The translations under genes were made by a program, and so were the position numbers. Of a stretch of 64,000 nt of DNA, positions 30,542-40,298 are shown piece by piece (position 1 is the stretch's first letter; the number at the start of each line of letters is the position of its first letter). The notes under the pieces are model-generated. The model was not told the DNA's origin, searched no databases, and saw only the letters and a list, made by a program, of their open reading frames with translations. The DNA is from Hydrurus foetidus (taxonomy: Eukaryota): positions 3,844,001 through 3,908,000 of the forward strand of contig UYFQ01000001.1 of assembly GCA_900617105.1 (NCBI GenBank), written 5' to 3'.

Positions 30542-32452
30542 ATGACTCCATTGCTAGACACCATCGAAAGCCCGGCAGACCTGCGAAAGCTGACGCGCGC
30601 ACAGCTGAAACCGCTAGCGGACGAGCTGCGCGCTTACTTGCTTGACACGGTGTCCAAAACCGGAGGCCATTTGAGCTCTAATTTGGGCACAGTCGAGCTG
30701 ACCGTCGCGCTGCACTATGTGTTCAATACGCCTGAAGATCGACTGGTGTGGGATGTGGGCCATCAAACCTACCCGCACAAAATTTTGACCGGCAGAAAAG
30801 ACCGCATGGGCAGCCTGCGGCAATTCGGCGGTTTATCGGGTTTCCCGCGCCGGGACGAGAGCGAGTACGACACCTTTGGCACAGCGCATTCGTCAACGTC
30901 TATTTCGGCGGCGCTGGGCATGGCGATGGCCGCCAAGCAAAAAGGCGAAGACCGCAACAGCATCGCCATCATTGGCGACGGTGCAATGAGCGCAGGCATG
31001 GCTTTCGAGGCGATGAACAATGCAGGCGTGCAAGACAACTCCAAGCTGTTGGTGGTGTTGAACGACAACGACATGAGTATTTCGCCGCCCGTCGGCGCGC
31101 TGAACCGTTATTTGGCGCAGTTGATGAGCGGGAGGTTTTATGCATCGGCCCGAAGTGTAGGCAAGCAGGTGCTGGGTATTGCACCGCCGCTGCTTGAGCT
31201 GGCGAAGCGGCTGGAAACGCATGCCAAAGGCATGGTGGTGCCCGCCACCATGTTTGAAAACTTCGGCTTTAATTACATCGGCCCGATAGATGGGCACGAC
31301 CTTGACTCGCTTATTCCCACGCTGGAAAACATCAAGTATTTGATGAAAACCAGTTCCAGCCCGCAGTTTCTGCACGTGGTAACCAAAAAAGGAAATGGGT
31401 ACGGCCTGGCAGAAGTAGACCCGATTGCCTATCACGGCCCGGGCAAGTTTGACCCTGCTATGGGTCTGCAAAAAGCGACCGCACCGGCCAAGCAAACCTT
31501 CACACAAGTTTTTGGCAGTTGGTTATGCGACATGGCAGAGCACGATGCACGTCTGGTCGGCATCACGCCAGCCATGCGCGAAGGCTCCGGCATGGTGGAG
31601 TTCCACAAACGCTTTCCCGACCGCTACCACGATGTGGGCATTGCCGAGCAGCACGCCATTACTTTCGCGGCTGGCATGGCCTGCGAAGGCTTAAAACCAG
31701 TGGTGGCTATCTACTCAACCTTTCTTCAGCGCGGATACGACCAGCTGGTGCACGATGTGGCGCTGCAAAATCTGCCCGTGGTGTTTGCGCTGGACCGGGC
31801 TGGGCTGGTCGGTGCCGACGGCGCTACGCACGCGGGCGCCTACGACATCGGGTACTTGCGCTGCATCCCCAACATGAGCATTGCCTGCCCGGCAGACGAG
31901 CGAGAGTGCCGTATGTTGCTTAGCAGTGCATTCGAGCAAAACCATCCTGTGGCTGTGCGCTACCCACGTGGCGCAGGAGCCGGCGTGGCGCCAGAGCCGG
32001 GCTTGCAGTCGTTGCCGTTTGCAAAAGGCGAAATTCGGCGCAGCGGAGCAGGTATAGCGATTTTGGCGTTTGGTACGCTGCTGTACCCCGCGCTCGCCGC
32101 TGCTGAAAAGCTGGGCGCCACCGTGGTCAATATGCGTTGGGCGAAGCCGCTTGACATTGAGCTGCTGCTAAAAGTGGCGAGCACCCACGATGCACTGGTC
32201 ACTGTAGAAGAAGGCGCCATCATGGGAGGCGCTGGCAGCGCAGTTAGCGAGGCACTGCACGCTGCAGGTGTCGTCAAGCCAGTACTCCACTTGGGCCTGA
32301 AAGACGAGTTTATTGAGCATGGAGACCCCGCCAAACTGCTTGGCCTGCAGGGGCTTGACGCAGCGGGCATCGAAGCGGCGATTTCAAAGCGATTTCCTGA
32401 GCTCGTCGACGGGTTTGGCGTTGAGCGGCAAGAGCTGAAATCCGCCGCCTGA
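30542..32452 (+). CDS. dxs: 1-deoxy-D-xylulose-5-phosphate synthase
   Basis: [23 protein letters not shown] and [10 protein letters not shown] motifs. Confidence 0.97.
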   Translation: MTPLLDTIESPADLRKLTRAQLKPLADELRAYLLDTVSKTGGHLSSNLGTVELTVALHYVFNTPEDRLVWDVGHQTYPHKILTGRKDRMGSLRQFGGLSGFPRRDESEYDTFGTAHSSTSISAALGMAMAAKQKGEDRNSIAIIGDGAMSAGMAFEAMNNAGVQDNSKLLVVLNDNDMSISPPVGALNRYLAQLMSGRFYASARSVGKQVLGIAPPLLELAKRLETHAKGMVVPATMFENFGFNYIGPIDGHDLDSLIPTLENIKYLMKTSSSPQFLHVVTKKGNGYGLAEVDPIAYHGPGKFDPAMGLQKATAPAKQTFTQVFGSWLCDMAEHDARLVGITPAMREGSGMVEFHKRFPDRYHDVGIAEQHAITFAAGMACEGLKPVVAIYSTFLQRGYDQLVHDVALQNLPVVFALDRAGLVGADGATHAGAYDIGYLRCIPNMSIACPADERECRMLLSSAFEQNHPVAVRYPRGAGAGVAPEPGLQSLPFAKGEIRRSGAGIAILAFGTLLYPALAAAEKLGATVVNMRWAKPLDIELLLKVASTHDALVTVEEGAIMGGAGSAVSEALHAAGVVKPVLHLGLKDEFIEHGDPAKLLGLQGLDAAGIEAAISKRFPELVDGFGVERQELKSAA

Positions 32453-32657
32453 ATGATCGTTGCCAGCACCCGCTGAGCTGCGGTAAATTCGCATCACCAC
32501 TACGGGTAAAAACCGGGTAAAAAACTTTTAAACGCTGACAAAATCGCTGTGCCGGTAGAAGAGCCAACGCTTACGCATAAAGCTATTGGTGATAATTCGG
32601 CAAATCAACGCAGAGTCGCGCTACCGGTAATCTGAATAACCTTTTTGGAGAGAATCA

Positions 32658-33737
32658 ATGGATCGTCGTTCCCTAATTAAAAATGCTGGCATTGCTGGCG
32701 TGCTCGCCGCCGGCGTTGCGCCTGCTGTTCATGCGCAGGCTGCCGTTCGCTGGCGCTTGTCATCCAGCTTCCCGAAAGCGCTGGACACGATTTACGGCGC
32801 GGCCGAAGTGTTTGCAGCCAAAGTCAAGGCCATGTCGGGCGGCAAGTTTGAAATCTCCACCCATGCTGGTGGCGAAATTACCCCGCCGTTTGGCGTGGTA
32901 GACGCTGTGCAGCAAGGCTCCGTTGAATGCGCCCACACTGCGCCGTACTATTTCTTCGGTAAAAACGAAGCATTTGCACTTGGTTGCGCGGTTCCGTTCG
33001 GCTTGAACAGCCGCCAAATGACGGCTTGGGTGTATCAAGGCAATGGCTTGAAATTGATGCGCGAGTTCTATGCCAACTACGGCATGACGAGTTTCCCAAT
33101 GGGTAACACCGGCGCGCAAATGGGCGGCTGGTATCGCAAAGAAATCAAATCGATCAAGGACATCAAAGGCCTGAAAATGCGTATCGGCGGTTTCGCCGGT
33201 AAGGTGTTTGAGCCAATGGGTGGCGTACCGCAAAACATTCCTGGCGGCGAGATCTACACCGCGCTCGAAAAAGGCACGATCGACGCTGCCGAGTGGGTAG
33301 GCCCCTATGACGACCAAAAGCTTGGCTTTAATAAAGTCGCGCCGTTTTACTACTACCCAGGCTGGTGGGAGGGCGGCCCACAGCTGGACCTGTACATCAA
33401 CCAAAAAGCGTTCGATGCTCTGTCGCCAGAAAACAAAGCCATCGTTGAGTCAGCTGCGGCATTTGCGCACACCGACATGCAGGCCAAATACGACGCCAAA
33501 AACCCGGCCGCCCTGAAGCAGCTGGTTGGCTCGGGCACCAAGCTGCGTCCGTTTCCGAACGACGTCCTCGCTGAAGCGTTTAAAGTGTCTCAGCAGTTGT
33601 ATAGCGACTTGTCTGCCAAAAACCCGGAGTGGGCAAAAATCTATGCGGACTATTCCAAGTTCCGTGCTGATTCCAACTTGTGGTTCCGCTTTTGCGAAGC
33701 CAAGTTTGACAGTTTCATGCAAGCGCAAAAGCTGTAA
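32658..33737 (+). CDS. TRAP transporter substrate-binding protein (TakP-like, Tat-like signal)
   Basis: MDRRSLIK, GNTGAQMGGW and EWVGPYDD motifs. Confidence 0.92.
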   Translation: MDRRSLIKNAGIAGVLAAGVAPAVHAQAAVRWRLSSSFPKALDTIYGAAEVFAAKVKAMSGGKFEISTHAGGEITPPFGVVDAVQQGSVECAHTAPYYFFGKNEAFALGCAVPFGLNSRQMTAWVYQGNGLKLMREFYANYGMTSFPMGNTGAQMGGWYRKEIKSIKDIKGLKMRIGGFAGKVFEPMGGVPQNIPGGEIYTALEKGTIDAAEWVGPYDDQKLGFNKVAPFYYYPGWWEGGPQLDLYINQKAFDALSPENKAIVESAAAFAHTDMQAKYDAKNPAALKQLVGSGTKLRPFPNDVLAEAFKVSQQLYSDLSAKNPEWAKIYADYSKFRADSNLWFRFCEAKFDSFMQAQKL

Positions 33738-33760
33738 TCGACAGCAGCGTTTTAAACAAT

Positions 33761-33791
33761 AAAAAAACCGCGCTACGGCGCGGTTTTTTTT
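33761..33791. terminator. Bidirectional intrinsic terminator
   Basis: AAAAAAACCGCGC-TACG-GCGCGGTTTTTTTT. Confidence 0.9.
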
Positions 33792-33813
33792 GGCTGACTC
33801 TTAAACAAATGCT

Positions 33814-34284
33814 TTAACGTCGAATACGCATCGCCTTCAACTCGCTCTCCATTCGCTGAAACTCCACCAGCATGGCCGGTGAAGAAGCGTAAAAAATAGC
33901 CAGCTTGCCTGCATAGGTTTTGGTGTACAGGCGCGGAGCGACCAGCCATTCCAGGCCGCGCATCCGAATTAACTTGACGTAGGCCAGCTGCCTCAACTCC
34001 GCCTTTTTGTGCCACACCCAGGTTTGCTCTAGCGTGAGGTTGTCTAGGGTCGTCTTTCCGTTAAGAATGTACCATCCGGTGTAGACCATCAAGCAAAGCG
34101 CAGCAATCAGCCAGCCGCTAGAAGCCAGCGTTAGCGCAATCGTGCCGCTAGACCAGAGCTGTGCGCCCCACACCAACGCAGGCGTGATCAGCGCGGCAGC
34201 CAGAACCTTAAACGGTAAAGAAAATGAACTTGACTCCATCCGCCCACCGGCTGGCGTGAAAGCAAATAGCTCCGGCTCTTTCAT
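33814..34284 (-). CDS. Hypothetical membrane protein
   Basis: 156 aa with two TM segments; co-oriented just downstream of dctM. Confidence 0.7.
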   Translation of the reverse strand: MKEPELFAFTPAGGRMESSSFSLPFKVLAAALITPALVWGAQLWSSGTIALTLASSGWLIAALCLMVYTGWYILNGKTTLDNLTLEQTWVWHKKAELRQLAYVKLIRMRGLEWLVAPRLYTKTYAGKLAIFYASSPAMLVEFQRMESELKAMRIRR

Positions 34285-34314
34285 GTCGACTTGCAGGTAC
34301 TGCTTTTGTTGACA

Positions 34315-35877
34315 CTACTTTTTGAACAAGTCATCAATCTTCTTTTGCTCATCAGCGGCTGCCTTGTCTGCAGCTTTGTCCGCCGCCTCGCCAGTAACGG
34401 GCTCTGTGGCAATCGGCACTGCAACTTCACCCGGCTTAAGAACGGCTGCTGGCGCAGCTTCTTCAGCTGGCATTTCTATTTTGACTTTGTCGATGTCCAC
34501 CACTACTTCCTTGTCCAAAAACATTGTTACAGATTCAGGCACAAAAATAACCACGGCCACTAACAGCACTTGCATGCACACCCACGGGATAGCACCCAGG
34601 TAAATGTCATTGGACTTTACTGCCTCGGGAATTCGTTTGTCTTTGAAAAGAGTGTCTGCAATGCCTCTTAAGTAAAACAGCGCAAAACCAAAGGGCGGGT
34701 GCATAAAGCTGGTTTGCAGGTTCACGCACAGCAACACGCCAAACCAGATCAGGTTGATGCCCATCTTGTCTGCCACGGGCGCCAGCATCGGCACAATGAT
34801 GAAAGCGATTTCAAAGAAGTCCAGAAAAAACGCCAGAAAAAACACGAACACGTTAACGACAATCAAAAACCCGGTCACGCCACCAGGCAAACCGGTCAGC
34901 AGGTGTTCCACCCACTTGGCACCGTCAACCCCTTGGAACACCTGGCTAAATACCCGCGAGCCAATCAAAATAAACACAACCATGGCGGTCAGGCGCATGG
35001 TGCCTGTCATGGCCTCCCACAGCAGCGCAACGGACAGCCGCTTGGAGATCGCTGCCAATATCAATGCGCCCACTACGCCCATTGCGCCAGCCTCTGTGGG
35101 TGTAGCGATCGCGGAGTCTTGAAAAGGCAGCCCGCCCATCGAGCCAAGCACGGTAAAAATCAAAATTGCCGACGGGACGATTCCGCGCAGGCATTTCTTC
35201 CACAGTGCCCAGCCGTTCAAGGTGCGCTCGGACGCCGGAATGGCCGGCAGGTAATCAGGCTTGATGCGGGTCAGCATGAAGGTGTACAGCGCAAACATGG
35301 CCACTTGCAGCAACGATGGCCCCCACGCGCCTTTGTACATGTCACCCACTGGGCGGCCCAGTTGGTCAGCGAGCACGACCAGCACCAATGACGGTGGCAC
35401 CAACTGCGTGATGGTGCCCGACGCCGCCAACACGCCGGTGGCATAGCGCATGTTGTAGTTGTACTTCATCATGACTGGCAGAGAGATCAATGCCATGGCA
35501 ATGACTTGGCCAGCAACAGTGCCCGTGATGGCACCCAAAATAAAACCAACGATGATCACTGAATACCCAATGCCGCCACGCGCTGGGCCGAACAATTGGC
35601 CCATTGAATCGAGCATGTCTTCAGCCAAACCGCATTTTTCAAGAATCGTACCCATGAAGGTGAAAAACGGAATCGCCAACAACAACTCGTTGCTCAAAAT
35701 TGAAAAAATGGAGATCGGTAAATTGCCCATGAACGCGGCAGGAAACCAGCCCATCTGAATTGCAAAAAACCCACTCACCAGCCCCAACGCCGACAGGGAA
35801 AAAGCCACAGGGAAGCCGATCAACATGATGATCACTAGCCCGGCGAACATCACCGGGGCGAAATTTTCCATTTGCAT
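34315..35877 (-). CDS. dctM: TRAP transporter large permease
   Basis: GFPVAF, LLAIPFF, TPTEAGA and TSFMHPPFG motifs. Confidence 0.93.
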   Translation of the reverse strand: MQMENFAPVMFAGLVIIMLIGFPVAFSLSALGLVSGFFAIQMGWFPAAFMGNLPISIFSILSNELLLAIPFFTFMGTILEKCGLAEDMLDSMGQLFGPARGGIGYSVIIVGFILGAITGTVAGQVIAMALISLPVMMKYNYNMRYATGVLAASGTITQLVPPSLVLVVLADQLGRPVGDMYKGAWGPSLLQVAMFALYTFMLTRIKPDYLPAIPASERTLNGWALWKKCLRGIVPSAILIFTVLGSMGGLPFQDSAIATPTEAGAMGVVGALILAAISKRLSVALLWEAMTGTMRLTAMVVFILIGSRVFSQVFQGVDGAKWVEHLLTGLPGGVTGFLIVVNVFVFFLAFFLDFFEIAFIIVPMLAPVADKMGINLIWFGVLLCVNLQTSFMHPPFGFALFYLRGIADTLFKDKRIPEAVKSNDIYLGAIPWVCMQVLLVAVVIFVPESVTMFLDKEVVVDIDKVKIEMPAEEAAPAAVLKPGEVAVPIATEPVTGEAADKAADKAAADEQKKIDDLFKK

Positions 35878-35933
35878 TTTTTAAATCCAGAATTTATCGT
35901 TTGGAGGCGAATGTCAAGCGTTGCGCCAAGGCA

Positions 35934-36473
35934 CTACTGCAACGGCTTTTCGTAATGCGTGGACATCTCGTATTTGCCCTGCAAGAAGGCGACGCGCTTG
36001 ATGATTTCCGCACAGCCTTGAATCCACATCATGGCAAAACCAAGCGGAAGCGCCAACACGGCGGGCCAGCGAATAAGACCGCCGGCGTTTTGCGACATTT
36101 CGCCGGAGACCAGCGCTTTGATGAAGTAGGGGTAGGACAGGTAAGTCAACATGCCAATGACGGGCAGCAAGAAAAACGCCAAGCCAAACAGGTCAACATA
36201 CACCGGGCCGTTGCCTTTTAACTTGCCGTATATCAAGTCGACCCGAACGTGCTCATTGAGCTTTAACACGACAGGCGCGCCAATCATCACGATGTAGGCG
36301 AACAAGTACCACTGAATTTCAATAAAAGAGTTGGAGCTCCAGTCGAAGCCGTAACGTATAAAAGCGTTTGCTGCGCAAATCATGGCAGCAAAAAAAACTG
36401 CCCATGACGCGATTTTTCCAAGTTGCTCGGAAAGCCAGTCGGAAAGAAGTGCAAATTTTAGGAGTGCTGACAC
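35934..36473 (-). CDS. dctQ: TRAP transporter small permease
   Basis: EIQWYLF and EHVRVDL motifs; probable GTG start. Confidence 0.9.
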   Translation of the reverse strand: MSALLKFALLSDWLSEQLGKIASWAVFFAAMICAANAFIRYGFDWSSNSFIEIQWYLFAYIVMIGAPVVLKLNEHVRVDLIYGKLKGNGPVYVDLFGLAFFLLPVIGMLTYLSYPYFIKALVSGEMSQNAGGLIRWPAVLALPLGFAMMWIQGCAEIIKRVAFLQGKYEMSTHYEKPLQ

Positions 36474-36619
36474 GAGGGTCTCCGGGAAAAATGGCAGTTG
36501 AAATGGGCGCGATCTATGCAAACCCTAGCCCTGCGATGGTACCCGTTGGCCCTACAGAAGCACTGAATTAATCCTGACAAATAAGGGCAGGGTATTCCCG
36601 AGCCCAAGTACTGCGTCGG

Positions 36620-37684
36620 TTAGTAAACGCTCACGCCATTGCCGGCTCGCACTTCACCAATCTCGCAGGCGTCCGGAAATCCTTGCGTATGAAAAATCTC
36701 CAGCACCTGCGCGGCCATGTCGGGCGAGCACGATACCAGCAAGCCACCAGACGTTTGCGGGTCGCTGAGCAGCGCTTTGTCTTCTTCTGCAAAAACGGCT
36801 GGCAAGGCAACTTCGGCGCCGTAGCTTTCCCAGTTGCGGCCCGATGCGCCCGTTACGCAGCCCTGCGCGGCCAACTCGCGCACCCCATCAATTAATGGCA
36901 TGCGTGACCAGTCCAGGCGGATTTGCACCTTCGCGCCGCGTGCCAGCTCAAGCGTGTGCCCCGCCAGCCCAAAACCGGTGATGTCGGTCAGCGCATGCAC
37001 GCCGTCAAGCGCGGCCAGCGCAATGCCGGGTTTGTTGAGCTGCGTGGTTATTTCTACCATTTTGGCGTAGCCTGCAGGCGGCAGCATTTCTTTTTTCAGC
37101 GCGGCTGACAAAACGCCAACGCCCAAAGGCTTGCTCATAATCAGTACATCGCCCACTTTTGCACCAGAATTTTTTTTCACACGCGACGGGTGCACGAGTC
37201 CCAGCACCACCAAGCCATAAATGGGCTCGACAGAATCAATCGTGTGCCCGCCGGCAATTGGTATGCCTGCGTCGCGGCACACGTCTTGACCGCCGCGCAA
37301 AATAGCGCCTATGGTTTCCAGCGGCAGCACATTGATGGGCATGCCCACCAAGCCAAGCGCAAAAATCGGCGTGCCGCCCATGGCGTACACATCGCTGATG
37401 GCGTTGGTTGCGGCAATGCGGCCAAAGTCATACGGGTCGTCGACGATGGGCATGAAAAAGTCGGTGGTGGCAATCAACGCCTGATTTTCATTAAGCAGGT
37501 AAACCGCAGCGTCGTCGGCAGTTTCAATACCTACCAGCAACTCCGGCGGAATAGGGAGGTTGCTGGAGTTTTTCAAAATTTCGCTCAACACGCCGGGCGC
37601 AATCTTGCAACCGCATCCGCCGCCATGAGACAAGCTGGTCAGTTTCGGGGCAGTTAAGGGTGATAGTTTTTCGGGGGCGTTCAT
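36620..37684 (-). CDS. selD: Selenophosphate synthetase (SelD/SenC), Cys form
   Basis: HGGGCGCKI, DDAAV, TTDFF, GGHT, DITGFGLAGH and DPQTSGGLL motifs. Confidence 0.96.
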   Translation of the reverse strand: MNAPEKLSPLTAPKLTSLSHGGGCGCKIAPGVLSEILKNSSNLPIPPELLVGIETADDAAVYLLNENQALIATTDFFMPIVDDPYDFGRIAATNAISDVYAMGGTPIFALGLVGMPINVLPLETIGAILRGGQDVCRDAGIPIAGGHTIDSVEPIYGLVVLGLVHPSRVKKNSGAKVGDVLIMSKPLGVGVLSAALKKEMLPPAGYAKMVEITTQLNKPGIALAALDGVHALTDITGFGLAGHTLELARGAKVQIRLDWSRMPLIDGVRELAAQGCVTGASGRNWESYGAEVALPAVFAEEDKALLSDPQTSGGLLVSCSPDMAAQVLEIFHTQGFPDACEIGEVRAGNGVSVY

Positions 37685-37707
37685 CGGGTGCTTTCTAAAG
37701 GAGGCAA

Positions 37708-38697
37708 TCAAGGCTGGGCAGTGTGAAGGGGCGTGTCGAACAACGCAGCCAGTAATTCTAAAACGAGGCGTTTTTCTTCGTCGGGCGCAAACAAGCTTGC
37801 CCTGCGCTGGCATTGGCTTTGCAGATGGTTGATAAACAGGGGCGAGTCGGCGCATTGGCGCAGCAGCGTGGCCAGTTGGCTCACGTTGCCCACATCAAAG
37901 TAGCCCCCGTAGTCTTGCCCCAGCATGCCGATATTGCCGCTGATGCGGGACGCCAACACGGGCGTTGCCGACTGTACAGCTTCCAAAATAACGTGTGCTC
38001 CGCCTTCCATGACTGAGCTGTTGACCAGCACATGCGCGCGTTTGATGCGCTGGCGGGTGTCGGCGCGTGCCAAGCCGCCCCACCAGCGGTAGCGCGGATT
38101 TTGCTCGGCTGTGCTGCGTGCTGCAGCGGCCAAGGCAGGGTCCAGCCCGTCGCCGATCTGGTCAAAGTAAAGCGCTGAGGTTTCGTTTGCGCGGGCCGCC
38201 GCCATAAACGTCAGCGGGCCTTTTTCGTCCCGCAAGTGGCCCACCATGATTGCCTTGAAGGTTCTGGCGGACTTTTGTGCAGGCAACAATCGCGGAGCCG
38301 ATTGAAAAATGACCCGCGTTTTGTGACGATACTCGGGCGGCACTGCGTTTAACCCGGCGTCTTGCAGCACCACCAAATGCGAAGCGACCGCCAATGAGTG
38401 CTGTGCGTCGGCGTCGACCGCAATGTCGCGGTATAAATCTGTACCAGTCAGCACCACCACCAGCGGCTTTTTGGGGAATTTTGCGGCCCAGGCATGTATG
38501 GCCGGTGCGGAACGCCGGGCGTGCAGCGCCACCATCGCATCGCCGTTAGCCCCTGACTCGAGCGGATTGAAGTGCTGCATTACCGCAATGTCACAATGGT
38601 TTGAGGCAAAACCAGCCCAGCGGTGTGCGGTATGCCAGTTACCGTTATTGGCCAGCGCAGCAGCGGGGCTGATCAGAATAATTTTCTTGGACTGCAA
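37708..38697 (-). CDS. senB: Selenosugar synthase (glycosyltransferase) SenB
   Basis: NNGNWHTAHRW, ALHARRSA, LTGTDLY, GHLRDEK and EGGAHV motifs; lies between selD and an egtB homolog; start uncertain (38697 or 38724). Confidence 0.88.
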   Translation of the reverse strand: MQSKKIILISPAAALANNGNWHTAHRWAGFASNHCDIAVMQHFNPLESGANGDAMVALHARRSAPAIHAWAAKFPKKPLVVVLTGTDLYRDIAVDADAQHSLAVASHLVVLQDAGLNAVPPEYRHKTRVIFQSAPRLLPAQKSARTFKAIMVGHLRDEKGPLTFMAAARANETSALYFDQIGDGLDPALAAAARSTAEQNPRYRWWGGLARADTRQRIKRAHVLVNSSVMEGGAHVILEAVQSATPVLASRISGNIGMLGQDYGGYFDVGNVSQLATLLRQCADSPLFINHLQSQCQRRASLFAPDEEKRLVLELLAALFDTPLHTAQP

Positions 38698-38699
38698 GC

Positions 38700-40007
38700 G
38701 TGAATCCTTCGATGTCGTTTTCATCAGCCACCACTACCGCCGCGCAGATTGATTCGCCGCTGATGCGCAGCGCGGGCAAAGAGTTGTTGTCGGTAGCGCT
38801 GATGGACGCCCGCAATCATACGCTGCACCTTTTTGCGCAATACCAGCAAGCGCTCGGCAGCACAGGCTACCGCGTGCCCGAGCTCGCCAGCGTGAACCCG
38901 CCGCTTTGGGAGCTGGGCCACGTGGGTTGGTTTCAGGAGTGGTGGATTGCCCGCAACCTGCAGCGCGCCAAAGGCCAGCGCTGCGAACCCGACCATGCGC
39001 GCCTGGCATCGATTGAGCCCAACGCAGACCGCTGGTGGGACTCTACCCGTGTGGCGCATGGCGCGCGTTGGGCGCTTGATTTGCCCGATGCCGACAACAT
39101 TCGTGCGTATTTGCTCGACACACTAGAAAGCACGCTCGAACTGCTGCAAAAGGCCGACAGCGACGACGACTCGCTGTATTTTTACCGGCTGTGTTTGTTT
39201 CACGAAGACATGCATGCCGAAGCGCTGGTACACATGGCGCAAACGCTCGGTTTGCCGCTTGAAGCGTCCATGCGGCGTGCCTTTTCGCCAGCCTTGGTAG
39301 CGCTCAGAGAGCCCCTGCTGATACCCGCCTGCAACTGGCAGCTGGGCAGCGCCGCGGCGGGTGGTTTCGCTTTCGACAACGAAATGCCGCAGCACAGTGT
39401 GCCCGTGCCTGAGTTTGAAATTGACGCGCAGCCCGTTACTTGGGCGCAGTTTGTTGAATTTGTAGACGATGGCGGCTACGACCGCGCCGAGCTGTGGCAC
39501 CCTGATGGCTGGCAATGGTTGCAGCAACAAAACAGCGGTGAGTCTGGCGCTCAATTTAGTACTGATGGCAGGCGCGGCCCCCGTTATGTAGAGCAGATTG
39601 GCGTGGCCAGCGGCGCAGTGGTGCAAACCCGTTTTGGCAGCCCCACCCGCATGCAGGGCAGTCAGGCGGCTCTGCACGTCAACTGGTATGAAGCCGATGC
39701 ATGGTGCCGTTGGGCGGGGCGCCGCCTGCCGTTTGAAGCCGAGTGGGAAGTTGCGGCCCACACCGCATCAAGGCGCGGATTCAGTTGGGGCGACGTGTGG
39801 GAGTGGACCGGCACCACCTTCAGGGGTTTTGACGGCTTTGAAAGCGGCCCGTACCTCGATTATTCGCAGCCTTGGTTTGGCACCCACAAAGTGCTGCGCG
39901 GCGCGTCGTTTGCCACCCGCGCCCGCATGAAAAGCCCCAAGTACCGCAACTTTTACCTGCCCGAGCGCGACGACATGTTTTGCGGGTTTCGCTCGTGTGC
40001 GTTGTAG
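38700..40007 (+). CDS. senA: Selenoneine synthase SenA (EgtB homolog)
   Basis: DinB_2 domain (NPPLWELGHVGWFQEWW, HEDMHAE iron ligands) plus FGE-sulfatase domain (RRLPFEAEWE, VWEW, LRGASF, GFRSC). Confidence 0.88.
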   Translation: MNPSMSFSSATTTAAQIDSPLMRSAGKELLSVALMDARNHTLHLFAQYQQALGSTGYRVPELASVNPPLWELGHVGWFQEWWIARNLQRAKGQRCEPDHARLASIEPNADRWWDSTRVAHGARWALDLPDADNIRAYLLDTLESTLELLQKADSDDDSLYFYRLCLFHEDMHAEALVHMAQTLGLPLEASMRRAFSPALVALREPLLIPACNWQLGSAAAGGFAFDNEMPQHSVPVPEFEIDAQPVTWAQFVEFVDDGGYDRAELWHPDGWQWLQQQNSGESGAQFSTDGRRGPRYVEQIGVASGAVVQTRFGSPTRMQGSQAALHVNWYEADAWCRWAGRRLPFEAEWEVAAHTASRRGFSWGDVWEWTGTTFRGFDGFESGPYLDYSQPWFGTHKVLRGASFATRARMKSPKYRNFYLPERDDMFCGFRSCAL

Positions 40008-40016
40008 ACTGAAATT

Positions 40017-40065
40017 TGCTACGTTATTTATAGCTGCTCGCGCCTGTATTTGTTGGGCTATAGGC
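40017..40065 (+). repeat. Family A repeat after senA
   Basis: TGCTACGTTATTTATAGCTGCTCGCGCCTGTATTTGTTGGGCTATAGGC. Confidence 0.9.
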
Positions 40066-40298
40066 TGAAACTACTACTGTTTTGGGCCGCTGTGGTAGCT
40101 TGACGCTCTTCAAGCAGCTTTTTGGCTCCCGCAACATTCGCCGTGCGTTGATTGGCACAAATTCACAATTGGTCGAAACAACAGGTTGCAGCCGCGTCGC
40201 CGTGTAGGACGCCAGCCCTTGTAGGTAGTACACTTTTCTCCAGAACGAGTAGTTAATGCTCCGAAATTTCTCCCATCCTGTTTTATCAAAGTGCTTTT

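Noticed and set aside
37600..37630. Selenocysteine in SelD
   Set aside because: The motif reads GGGCGCK with Cys codons and there is no in-frame TGA.
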